A program made the position numbers and the translations under genes. A stretch of 44,461 nt of DNA from a bacterium (GTDB lineage Bacteria > Myxococcota_A > Bradymonadia > UBA7976 > UBA1532). Below, piece by piece: positions 23,690 through 33,318 of this stretch. The notes beneath the pieces are model-generated. The model was given only the letters and a program-made list of their open reading frames with translations, was not told the origin of the DNA and made no database searches. The stretch covers positions 1-44,461 of the forward strand of contig JAUHVS010000001.1 in NCBI GenBank assembly GCA_030424955.1, read 5' to 3'. Numbering within the stretch: the stretch's first letter is position 1; the number at the start of each line of letters is the position of its first letter.

Positions 23690-24022
23690 TCAGAGCGCGG
23701 GGTCGACCAGCTGGCGCAGGCGGCCCTTCACGTTGCCCGGCGGCATGCCGTTCATGCGGTTGACCACCTCGCCGCCCTTGAACACGAAGATCGCCGGGAT
23801 CCCCATGATGCCGAGCTTGCCGGCGATGCCGGGGTTGTTGTCGACGTTGACCTTCGCCACCACGAGCTGGCCAGCCAGCTCCTCGGCGAGCTTCTCGACG
23901 TGCGGCCCGATGGCCCGGCAGGGGCCACACCAGGGGGCCCAGAAGTCCACCAGGACCGGCAGATCGCTGTTGAGCACGTCCGCCTCGAAGCTGCTGTCAG
24001 AGACCTCGATGTAGTTCGCCAC
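23690..24022 (-). CDS. trxA: Thioredoxin
   Basis: VANYIEVSDSSFEADVLNSDLPVLVDFWAPWCGPCRAI..., with a WCGPC active site. The protein is 110 aa from GTG 24022. Confidence 0.9.
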   Translation of the reverse strand: MANYIEVSDSSFEADVLNSDLPVLVDFWAPWCGPCRAIGPHVEKLAEELAGQLVVAKVNVDNNPGIAGKLGIMGIPAIFVFKGGEVVNRMNGMPPGNVKGRLRQLVDPAL

Positions 24023-24084
24023 GGTTGGGCCTTTCTGCTGGGGCGGCGCGCACGCACCGCCCACGGTGAATCAGGGTGAGCGCG

Positions 24085-25179
24085 TCAGAAGACGGTACGC
24101 CGCAGGTTGATGTTGAGCAACAGGCCCATGGCCGCCATGACGGTCAAGACCGATGTCCCGCCGTAGCTCAACAGGGGGAGGGTCACCCCTGTGACGGGCA
24201 GCACGTTGAGGACCATCCCCATGTTCATGACGACGTGCCAGAACACGAGGGCCCCCACCCCCACCGCGACGTGACCGCCGAACTTGTCGCGGGCGAGGCT
24301 CGCGCTGCGCAGCGCGCCCAGCACGATCAACAGGTAGATGCCCAGCACGACCCCGCCACCGACAAAGCCGTGCTCCTCGGCCAGGTTGGCGAACACGAAG
24401 TCGGTGTGGTTCTCGGGCAAGAAGCCGCCGGCCACCTGGGTGCCGTCCCCGTGCCCCTTACCGAGCAGGCCGCCGCTGCCCACCGCGACCCGGGACTGGC
24501 GCGCGTGCCAGCCCGCGCCCCGGGTGTCGGCCTCGGCGTCCACCAGCGTCAGGATGCGGTCCTTCTGGTAGTCCCGTAGCACGAACTGCCACAGCAGCGG
24601 GGCGGCGGCGAGGCCCACGAACAGCACGGTGACCATGGCCCGGCGATCGAACTTCTCGAACGCCAGCATGGAGCCGCCGATGAACATCAGCATGAGGGTG
24701 TGGCCCAGATCCGGCTCCTGCAGGACCAGGAACATCGGCACGCCGAGCAAGAGCCCGACGGGGATGACGTCGCGTAGGCCGTAGCCACCGGGCCTGGGGT
24801 AGCGCTGAAACCAGCTCGCGAGGGTCAGGATGATGGCCAGCTTGGCGAGCTCAGACGGCTGGAAGCCCACGAAGCCGAGGTCGAGCCAGCGCCGGGAGCC
24901 GTTGACCTCTTTGCCCACCACCAGCACCAGCGCCAGGAGCACCACCACCGTAGCGTAGAAGGGCGGGGCCAGCCGCTGCAGGTTGCGGTAGTCGACCGCC
25001 GCGACGCCCACCATCACGCCCAGCCCCAGCAGCAGCCAGTACAGGTGGCGCAGGTAGACCTCGGAGCCCGCGGCCATTGAGCTGGAGTGAAGGTTGACCA
25101 CGCTGATGGTCCCCAACAGGACCACGAGCCCGATGAGCGACCAGTCGATCCGGCCAACCGCTGCGGCGGCCCTGCTCAT
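24085..25179 (-). CDS. rodA: Rod shape-determining protein RodA (SEDS family)
   Basis: MSRAAAAVGRIDWSLIGLVVLL..., multi-pass membrane protein with QPSELAKLA, PDLGHTLM, PENHTDFVFA and LPLLSYGGTS. ATG 25179 overlaps the mrdA stop (ATGA). Confidence 0.9.
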   Translation of the reverse strand: MSRAAAAVGRIDWSLIGLVVLLGTISVVNLHSSSMAAGSEVYLRHLYWLLLGLGVMVGVAAVDYRNLQRLAPPFYATVVVLLALVLVVGKEVNGSRRWLDLGFVGFQPSELAKLAIILTLASWFQRYPRPGGYGLRDVIPVGLLLGVPMFLVLQEPDLGHTLMLMFIGGSMLAFEKFDRRAMVTVLFVGLAAAPLLWQFVLRDYQKDRILTLVDAEADTRGAGWHARQSRVAVGSGGLLGKGHGDGTQVAGGFLPENHTDFVFANLAEEHGFVGGGVVLGIYLLIVLGALRSASLARDKFGGHVAVGVGALVFWHVVMNMGMVLNVLPVTGVTLPLLSYGGTSVLTVMAAMGLLLNINLRRTVF

Positions 25180-27083
25180 CGACGGCGCCGAACCTCGTTG
25201 GCAGCGGTGGTGCTGAAGATCGGCTCGATCTGCTGGTGGTACGCCTCGATGATCTGGCGGGCGACGGGGGCCGCCTCCTTGCCACCGGAGCCACCGTGCT
25301 CCAAGAAGACCACCACGACCACCTTGGGCGACTCGTACGGCGCGAAGGCGGCGAACCACGCGTGATCGCGGTCTCGGAAGCGCTTCACGCTCTGCCGCAT
25401 GTGGCCGCGGATGATCTTGCGCACCTGGGCGGTGCCGGTCTTGCCCGCGATCAGGCCGTAGTCGACGCCGGCCAAGTGACCGGTCGCCAGCTTCTCATCG
25501 TTGACCGCCCGCTCGAGGGCCTTGGTGACCGCCGACAGGTGCTCGGGGGTGGCCGCCAGATCGCCGCGGACCTCGGGCTCAAAGCGCTGGACCACCTCGC
25601 GGTCGTCCGTCTCGATGCGCTCCACCACCCGGGGGCGGAAGACCGTGCCGCCGTTGGCCAGGGCCGCGTAGGCCATCGCCATCTGCACCGGGCTGGTGCG
25701 CACGTCGCCCTGACCGATCGCCGTGGACAACGCGAGCCCGTGCTGGAAGCCGCCCTTGGTGTGCTCATCGTGGTAGGCCTTGGTGGGCACGATGCCAGGC
25801 GCGTCGCCGTTGATGCCGACACCGCTCGGCTCACCCAGACCAAAGCGCCGGGCGTAGATCGCCTGGGTGTCGATGCCCAGGCGCTCACCCAGCTTGTAGA
25901 AGTAGACGTCGGCCGACGCGGCCATGGCGCCGTTGAGGTCCACGGCGCCGTGCCCCGACCGCTTGTGGCAGTGGAAGATCCGGTTGCCGTACTCATAGGA
26001 CCCAGGGCTGTCGATGGGCTCCCCCGCGTCGAGCACGCCCTCTTCAAGGGCCGCCAGCGCGGTGATCGGCTTGTAGATCGAGCCGGGGAAGTAGGAGTGC
26101 ACGCTCTTGTCGAGCATCGGCAGGTAGGGGTTGTCGGCGACCGCCCGGTAGTCCTCTTTGCTGAGGCGCCCGGACCAGCTGTTGGGGTCGAAGGAGGGCT
26201 TCGACAGGATCCCCAGCACCGACCCATCCCGCGGATCGACCACCACAGCCGCGCCGGACTCATACCGGGCGAGCGCCTTGTGCAAGATGCGCTGTACGTC
26301 GATGTCGACGGTCAGCACGAGGTCCTTGCCCCGCTCAGGTGCCTGGCGAGTGACGGTGTCGGACATCGCCCGATCGGCCCAGCCCCCGCGTTGCTTGACG
26401 CCGCGGGCGTTGACCGCGTGCCGCTCGAACCCATCTTGGCCGGCGAGCTCATGCTCCCAGGCCCGCTCCAGGCCAAACCGCCCGAGCATGGACTCGGCTG
26501 TGTACCGCCCCTCGTTCTCACCTTGCAGTTCGTCGGCCCTGGGCTTGCCCAGGTAGCCCACGAGGTGCGCCCCAACGACCCCCTCGGGGTACTCCCGGCT
26601 GTACCGCACGCGGATCGAGATGCCGTCGACCCGCGCCCGAAGCGCCTCGGCGAGGGCCACGCGCTGGCGGTCGATGTCCTGGGCGACGCGGAAGGGCTGG
26701 TGGCGCCACATCCCGCGGGGCTGCTCCACCTTCTCGCGCAGGCGCACCAGGTCCAGCTCGTCCAGACCCAGCACATCGCGCAGCCCCGACAGGAGGGCGT
26801 CGATGTCCTCGACCCGGGCCGGGGTGACGTAGAGATCGAATGAGGGCCGGTTGATGGCGAGGGCGCGCCCGTGCCGATCCTTGATCGTGCCACGGTCTGC
26901 CGGCAGCCGGACAGTCCGCACGAAGTTGCGGACCGCCGCCTCCTGAAGCTCGTCGCCGTTGACCAGCTGGAGCTGCGCGAGGCGGGCCAGCAGCCCCCCA
27001 AACACAACCAGCACCGCAACCGCCAGGCGACGTACCCTGTGCTGGTACCCCACCGCAGACGAGTCGAGGAAGACGTCTGACAT
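25176..27083 (-). CDS. mrdA: Penicillin-binding protein 2 (elongation transpeptidase)
   Basis: ATG 27083 (the ORF track begins at TTG 27086). It has an N-terminal TM segment, an SxxK motif (GSIYKP) and a KTG motif (GKTGTAQV). Confidence 0.9.
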   Translation of the reverse strand: MSDVFLDSSAVGYQHRVRRLAVAVLVVFGGLLARLAQLQLVNGDELQEAAVRNFVRTVRLPADRGTIKDRHGRALAINRPSFDLYVTPARVEDIDALLSGLRDVLGLDELDLVRLREKVEQPRGMWRHQPFRVAQDIDRQRVALAEALRARVDGISIRVRYSREYPEGVVGAHLVGYLGKPRADELQGENEGRYTAESMLGRFGLERAWEHELAGQDGFERHAVNARGVKQRGGWADRAMSDTVTRQAPERGKDLVLTVDIDVQRILHKALARYESGAAVVVDPRDGSVLGILSKPSFDPNSWSGRLSKEDYRAVADNPYLPMLDKSVHSYFPGSIYKPITALAALEEGVLDAGEPIDSPGSYEYGNRIFHCHKRSGHGAVDLNGAMAASADVYFYKLGERLGIDTQAIYARRFGLGEPSGVGINGDAPGIVPTKAYHDEHTKGGFQHGLALSTAIGQGDVRTSPVQMAMAYAALANGGTVFRPRVVERIETDDREVVQRFEPEVRGDLAATPEHLSAVTKALERAVNDEKLATGHLAGVDYGLIAGKTGTAQVRKIIRGHMRQSVKRFRDRDHAWFAAFAPYESPKVVVVVFLEHGGSGGKEAAPVARQIIEAYHQQIEPIFSTTAANEVRRRR

Positions 27084-27289
27084 CAACCCTCGTGCCGGAC
27101 CTTGCCGGCGCAGGACGGCCGCCTAGGCCACCGTCGCTCAAAGCCGGCGCACGCTAGCAGAAGAGTATCGGCCCGCCAACCGCCAGACCGTTGTTTCCCT
27201 TTGATGTCAGCGACTTGCCTACACGGCCGCACACCCGGGCACATCAGGAGGACTTCAAGCATTACGCGGGGTTTGTCGTGTTTGCGCGC

Positions 27290-27799
27290 TCACAGGGTCT
27301 CGCCCTCCGGGCGCCGACCGACCATCTCGTCCAGCCGAGCCAGCAGCGGAAACAGCACAATGACCCCGACCAAGACCACGATGACGCGGGGCACCATCAA
27401 CGCCGTGACCCGGGTGGCGAGCAACGTGCCGTTGAAGAACAGCCGCGACAGGCCGGCGATCAGAGCGACGCTCGCGATCCCCCCAACCCCGCCCAGGAGC
27501 GCGTTGCCGACGATCCCTTGGAAGTGCACGCGGTTGCCCAGCCCCACCCCCAAGGCGTACACCGCCACGCCGTGCAAGAGGTGCAGCCCGAGCGGGCTGC
27601 CCGCAAACCCGTCTGCCAACAGCCCCAGCAGCGCCACCATGGTCGCGGTGCTCGCCGACACCGGGCGGCTGACCCCAAGCCAGAGGAGCAGCACCGTCAG
27701 GACGTCTGGCGTGAACGCATCCAGCGCGAACACGACCGACAGGAACTGCTGCGCCGAGAGCGCCGCCAGGCCGAGCAAGAAGATGGCGAGGGCTCGCAT
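27290..27799 (-). CDS. mreD: Rod shape-determining protein MreD
   Basis: A 169-aa polytopic hydrophobic protein. Its ATG shares one base with the mreC stop (TGATG at 27797-27801), the canonical position after mreC. Confidence 0.8.
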   Translation of the reverse strand: MRALAIFLLGLAALSAQQFLSVVFALDAFTPDVLTVLLLWLGVSRPVSASTATMVALLGLLADGFAGSPLGLHLLHGVAVYALGVGLGNRVHFQGIVGNALLGGVGGIASVALIAGLSRLFFNGTLLATRVTALMVPRVIVVLVGVIVLFPLLARLDEMVGRRPEGETL

Positions 27800-28695
27800 C
27801 AGCGCGGCCCCTTCTTCTTCTTGTCGCCCACAAAGGCATCACCGTCGGGGGTCAGCCCGCTCTGGCCGAGCACGACGAACACCTCTTCGAGGGCGTTCAG
27901 ATCAACCATCGGGAGCACATCGGCCTTTTGGAAGGGGCCGCTCTCGTCGCCCCCGACCGCCTGCACCCGCCCGACCACGAGGCCCCGCGGGTAGCGGCCG
28001 TCGTCGCCGGTGGTCATCACGCGCTCGCCATCGACGGCCTTGACCTCGCGCTGCAGGTATTGAAGGCGCGCGGCGTAGCGGTCGCGCTCGCCCGTACCCA
28101 CCGCCACCCCACGGGCCCGGCTCTGCTCCAGCACCACGTCGATGGCGCTGCGGGGATCGGTGACCAAGAGGACCTCGGCCTCGCCCCCGTCGACCGCGCG
28201 GATCTGGCCCACCACGCCGCCGGGGGCGATGACCGGCATGCCGGCGACCACCTCGGGCTGCGCGTCACGGACGTCCAACGCCACGCGCACCACGCGGAAG
28301 TACGGGCTCACCGTGCGGCTGACCACCCGTGCGGCCCGCAGCCGCAGATCCTTGCGGCGGTCGCCCAGATCGAGCAGCTGCCGCAGGCGCTCATTCTCGG
28401 CGGCCAGATCATCCGCGGTCGCGGCCCGGGCCTGCAGATCGCGCAGCCGAGAGGTCAGCTCTCGGTTGCTCTCGCGCACCTCGGTCAGCGCGACGTAGTC
28501 GAGCCACACCGCGCGCACCCCTTCCCCGCTCGCCGACACGGCGCGCTGGAGCGGGCCCACGCTCGTAATGACGACGGCGCCCAGGGCGCCCGGGCGCTCA
28601 CCACGCCGATCGAACTGCAGCAGGAACACGCCCAACGCCGCGTAGACCGCCAACAGCCCGGCGGCGCGCAGGGGAGAGGGACCGCGGCGCCTCAC
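27799..28695 (-). CDS. mreC: Rod shape-determining protein MreC
   Basis: GTG 28695, an N-terminal TM segment, a coiled-coil (NRELTSRLRDLQARAATADDLAAENERLRQLL), then beta-barrel motifs (GMPVIAPGGVVGQI, GRYPRGLVVGRV). Confidence 0.9.
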   Translation of the reverse strand: MRRRGPSPLRAAGLLAVYAALGVFLLQFDRRGERPGALGAVVITSVGPLQRAVSASGEGVRAVWLDYVALTEVRESNRELTSRLRDLQARAATADDLAAENERLRQLLDLGDRRKDLRLRAARVVSRTVSPYFRVVRVALDVRDAQPEVVAGMPVIAPGGVVGQIRAVDGGEAEVLLVTDPRSAIDVVLEQSRARGVAVGTGERDRYAARLQYLQREVKAVDGERVMTTGDDGRYPRGLVVGRVQAVGGDESGPFQKADVLPMVDLNALEEVFVVLGQSGLTPDGDAFVGDKKKKGPR

Positions 28696-28777
28696 AGGCA
28701 GCCACGCCCGGCCGGGCCGGACACCCGGGGCCAGTTCAGGTCAGGTTTCATCGCAAGGGGCGCGGGCCGTGGGGGGC

Positions 28778-29942
<1,165 letters not shown>

Positions 29943-30011
29943 TCCGCGTCCATTTGCCCGCGCGGCGCGCTGCTGCGGGGGATTTCCGACCGACACGAAC
30001 AGCGAACGGCC

Positions 30012-31733
30012 ATGCTGACCCAACTGCGACTGAAGTCTCAGAACTTCATGATCTTCATCCTCTTCGGGATGCTGATCTTTGTGTTCATCTTCTTCTTTGG
30101 CCCGCAGTCCCAGGGCTTCCAGCCGGGCGGGGGTCAGGTCTCAAGCACCGGCATCGCGGCGAAGGTCAACGGCACGGAAGTGCCCGCGGCCCACGTCGAG
30201 ATCGCCGTGCGACGGCAGGGCGACGTGGACGTCGACGACCTCCCGCGGGTGCGCCGCGAGGCGCTCCTCCAGGTGGTCGACCAGGAGCTGCTGGCCCAGA
30301 AGGCGCGCGCCGCGGGCCTCGCCATCAGCAAAGACGAGCTCTCGGCCTTCGTCGTCGGCAAGGCCAACCGCGACTTCGTGTTCTTCGCGGACCGCGACGG
30401 CAAGTTCGACTATCAGCGCTTCGAGGCCTACGTGACCCAGGGCTTCGGGACCTCCACCGCCGCCTACCGCGAGGCCAAGCGCCGCGAGCTCCTCGCCGAG
30501 CGCTACATCGGCTTCCTGGAGCAGCAGGTGCAGGTCAGCACCAGCGAGGTCAACGACGCCATCAAGCGGGCCCGCGCCACCTGGACCCTCGACTACGTGG
30601 TGTTCGATCCGGCCGACTGGAAGGCGACCGTGCCTGCCGCCACCGCCGAGCAGGGCGCGGCCTACGCGGCGAAGAACGCCGACGCGGTCGAGGCCTACTA
30701 CACCAAGAACAAGAAGACCTATGACCACGGCAAGGAGGTCCGCGTGCGCCGCGTGCTGATCCGCGCTGCGGCCGACGCGAGCGCCGACAAGAAGGCCGCC
30801 GCCAAGAAGAAGGCCGAGGCGCTCCACGCCCAGGCCACCGCGGCCGGCGCGGACTTCGAGAAGGTCGCTCGGGAGGGCTCCGAGGGCTACTACGCCAAGT
30901 TCGGTGGCGACATGGGCTGGCAGAGCGAGGACAACACCTCGAGCAGCGACTACGCCGTCTACAGCAAGCTCGCCCTGGGCCAGGTGTCGGCGGTGCAGGA
31001 GACGAACATCGGCTACTGGTTTGTGAAGGCCGAGGAGATCAAGCCCGCGGTGAAGAAGACCCTCGACGAGGTCCGCACCGAGATTGGCGTGCGCCTGGCC
31101 GCGGACGAGCTGCAGTCGAAGGCCGCGCGCGACGCCGCCACCGCCGCGCTGGCGAAGCTGACCGCCGGTGGTACCTTCGACAGCGTGTTCTCGGCGGAGG
31201 CCCAGGCGCCCGCGCCGGCGCCCGTCGAGGGCGATGCCCCCGCCGACGGCGAGGCGCCCGCCGCCCCCGCCGCGCCGGCCGCGCCCACGATGACCGTGCG
31301 CTCCACGCCGGCGTTCAACGCTGACCGCCCCGTGTTCGCTCGCATCCCCGGCCTGGGTCAGAGCGAGGCGCTGGCCCGCATGCTGCCCGACCTCAAGGCC
31401 GATCAGCCGCTGGTGAAGACCCTGATCGAGCTCGAGGGCGGCAAGGTCGCCATCGTGCGCCTGAAGGAGCGCACCGAGGCCAAGCCCGAGGACCTCACCA
31501 ACGACTTCGCCCAGACCGAGCAGCGGCTCCGGGCTCAGCGCCTCATGCAGCTGTTCGGCAACTGGCGCGCCGTCGTCTTCGGCGCCCCGTCGCAACGCGA
31601 GCTGGCGCGGAAGTTCGCCGGGGGCGCCCTGATGGCCGCCCTCGACGCCGATGGGGGCAAGGTCACGCTGAACGACAGCATGTACCCTGCGCCGGCGCCC
31701 CCTGCCTCCCCCACCTCGGCGGCGGCCCGCTGA
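30012..31733 (+). CDS. ppiD: PpiD-like periplasmic chaperone / parvulin-type peptidyl-prolyl isomerase with an N-terminal membrane anchor
   Basis: N-terminal anchor FMIFILFGMLIFVFIFFFG, then a SurA-N-like region. A parvulin-like segment follows (VRVRRVLI...ADFEKVAREGSEG...GGDMGW...IGYWFVKAEEIKP). Confidence 0.8.
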   Translation: MLTQLRLKSQNFMIFILFGMLIFVFIFFFGPQSQGFQPGGGQVSSTGIAAKVNGTEVPAAHVEIAVRRQGDVDVDDLPRVRREALLQVVDQELLAQKARAAGLAISKDELSAFVVGKANRDFVFFADRDGKFDYQRFEAYVTQGFGTSTAAYREAKRRELLAERYIGFLEQQVQVSTSEVNDAIKRARATWTLDYVVFDPADWKATVPAATAEQGAAYAAKNADAVEAYYTKNKKTYDHGKEVRVRRVLIRAAADASADKKAAAKKKAEALHAQATAAGADFEKVAREGSEGYYAKFGGDMGWQSEDNTSSSDYAVYSKLALGQVSAVQETNIGYWFVKAEEIKPAVKKTLDEVRTEIGVRLAADELQSKAARDAATAALAKLTAGGTFDSVFSAEAQAPAPAPVEGDAPADGEAPAAPAAPAAPTMTVRSTPAFNADRPVFARIPGLGQSEALARMLPDLKADQPLVKTLIELEGGKVAIVRLKERTEAKPEDLTNDFAQTEQRLRAQRLMQLFGNWRAVVFGAPSQRELARKFAGGALMAALDADGGKVTLNDSMYPAPAPPASPTSAAAR

Positions 31734-31780
31734 GCCCCCTCGGGCGCTGCTGAGCGGCCCTGCGCTGCCCGCCCGCCGCT

Positions 31781-31808
31781 GCGCGCCGCGTCACGTACGC
31801 AGGCGCGC
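31781..31808 (+). terminator. GC-rich hairpin 48 nt downstream of the ppiD stop
   Basis: GCGCGCC-GCGT (31781-31791) pairs with ACGC-A-GGCGCGC (31797-31808): 11 bp with one bulge and a 5-nt loop. There is no U-tract. Confidence 0.3.
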
Positions 31809-32193
31809 CCCCCTCCCCGCAGACGCCAGCCCGCCCGTCATCGATGAGCGCGGATCTGTCGGCCTCCGCCAGGCACGCGCCCGCGTGGTGCGCAGCCCAG
31901 GTCGGATCGGCGCGCCTCTCTAGCAGGGTGTTGAAATTCGCGGACCGAGCCAGAGCGAGCCGAAGCGTCGGATCCAAGGCGCCGCGCCGCAGGCGATGCA
32001 GGGCATCGTCGAGGACGCGGCAACGCCGGAGCCGGCGATTTCGGCGATGACACTGGCGATGGGAGCGCTTTTCAACAGCCTGCTAGGCTCAATGATGTGG
32101 CCCCTACCCCGGCTCGGGCGGCCCCGATCGGTCAAGCGGGTGCGGGAGGCGTGTGGTGGCCTCGCCACGCCACTGGGCGGGGCCTCGGCCGGG

Positions 32194-33318
32194 TCAGATG
32201 CGCTCGACCGCGCGGCGCAGCCGGTTGAAGCCGGCTCGATCCAAGCTACCGCTACGTAGGAACGCCAGCCGCAGCGCGAAGGCCCGCTCGACGAGGGTGT
32301 CCTGACCCAGAGCGCCCAGGCGGCGGATCAGCCCCGAGAGCCCCACGGCCACCCGGCGCCCATCACCGCGGTGGAACGCGCCGCTGATGTTCTCGCACTC
32401 CCCCACCAGCTCGGCGCGGTCGCGCAGATCGGCGGTCGGCGCGTGCACTTCCCGGTGCTGCCAGGGCGTGTCGGCCATCACGAGCGACAGCTCCAGCCGC
32501 TCCAGCCCCACCCGCTGTCCCCGGCGAAAGCGCAGCGACACGTCGAGCAGGCGGTAGTGACCCGCGGGCCGCGGGGTGACCTGCAGGTCGAACAGCCAGC
32601 TCAGCCGGGTCCCCCGCCCGAGCGGGCCCACGTCCAAGATGATGCGGCGATCGGCATCGGTCAGGCGCGGCACGCCCAGCAGCACCGGCACCGGCTCAGC
32701 CCGGAAGATGCGGCCCGCCTCGATGCCGGGCGCCACGGTCACATCGAGCAGGGGCCCGCTCACGGCCTGGGTGCTCAGCTCCACCAGGCGCGCTGCGAAG
32801 GCAGGCTCGGAGGGGCGCTCTTGCATCATCAGCTCACCGCGGCCGACCGCAGCGACCTGGCCGAGCAGGCTCAGCTCGACCGCCGGGTGGCTGGCGATGA
32901 CGTCGACGCCCCACGCGCGCTCGGCGATGGCCCCCGCCGCGTCCAGCAGCGGCTCGGGCGCCTCCAGCCCCGCGCCCCCCACCACCAGCAGCAGGTGCGC
33001 CGGGGGGGCGTCCTCGGCGGGGCGGTTCAAGAACGCGCGCAGCGCCGCGTTCAGCGAGCCGAACCCGCGGCCGGAGAGGCGCGCCCCCGCCCGCGGACCA
33101 TCGGGCGTCAGGGTGGTGACCGACAGGCCCTGCACGCTGGCCTCGAGGGCCGCGCACACGGCGCTGGTGTGGGGCTCCACGTGGGCGATGTACAGGTCGA
33201 TGGGCAGGGGCGGACCATCGGGCGCGTCGACCGCGACCCAGCCGTGCACGAGGGAAGGCTGGCCAGACCGCACGACCCCCGGCGTCAGCGCGCCCGTCAG
33301 CCGCGGAGAGACGCTCAC
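32194..33318 (-). CDS. vWA-like protein with a degenerate metal-ion-dependent adhesion site (hypothetical)
   Basis: GTG 33318 overlaps the stop of the upstream gene (GTGA, 33315-33318); the alternative ATG 33366 would overlap it by 52 nt. The layout matches bacterial vWA proteins (beta-rich leader, PIDLYIAHVEPHTS where hhhhDxSxS is expected, HLLLVVGGAG where LLTDG is expected, GVDVIASHPAVELSLLGQVAAVGRGEL, then a beta-rich tail). The metal ligands are substituted. Confidence 0.5.
   Translation of the reverse strand: MSVSPRLTGALTPGVVRSGQPSLVHGWVAVDAPDGPPLPIDLYIAHVEPHTSAVCAALEASVQGLSVTTLTPDGPRAGARLSGRGFGSLNAALRAFLNRPAEDAPPAHLLLVVGGAGLEAPEPLLDAAGAIAERAWGVDVIASHPAVELSLLGQVAAVGRGELMMQERPSEPAFAARLVELSTQAVSGPLLDVTVAPGIEAGRIFRAEPVPVLLGVPRLTDADRRIILDVGPLGRGTRLSWLFDLQVTPRPAGHYRLLDVSLRFRRGQRVGLERLELSLVMADTPWQHREVHAPTADLRDRAELVGECENISGAFHRGDGRRVAVGLSGLIRRLGALGQDTLVERAFALRLAFLRSGSLDRAGFNRLRRAVERI

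Noticed and set aside
31663-31977. A 104-aa minus-strand ORF in the ppiD / vWA-like intergenic gap
   Set aside because: Its C-terminal half is Arg/Gly/Ala-rich nonsense and overlaps the 3' end of ppiD by ~70 nt. It has no RBS or motif. It is kept only as a possibility under the gap finding.
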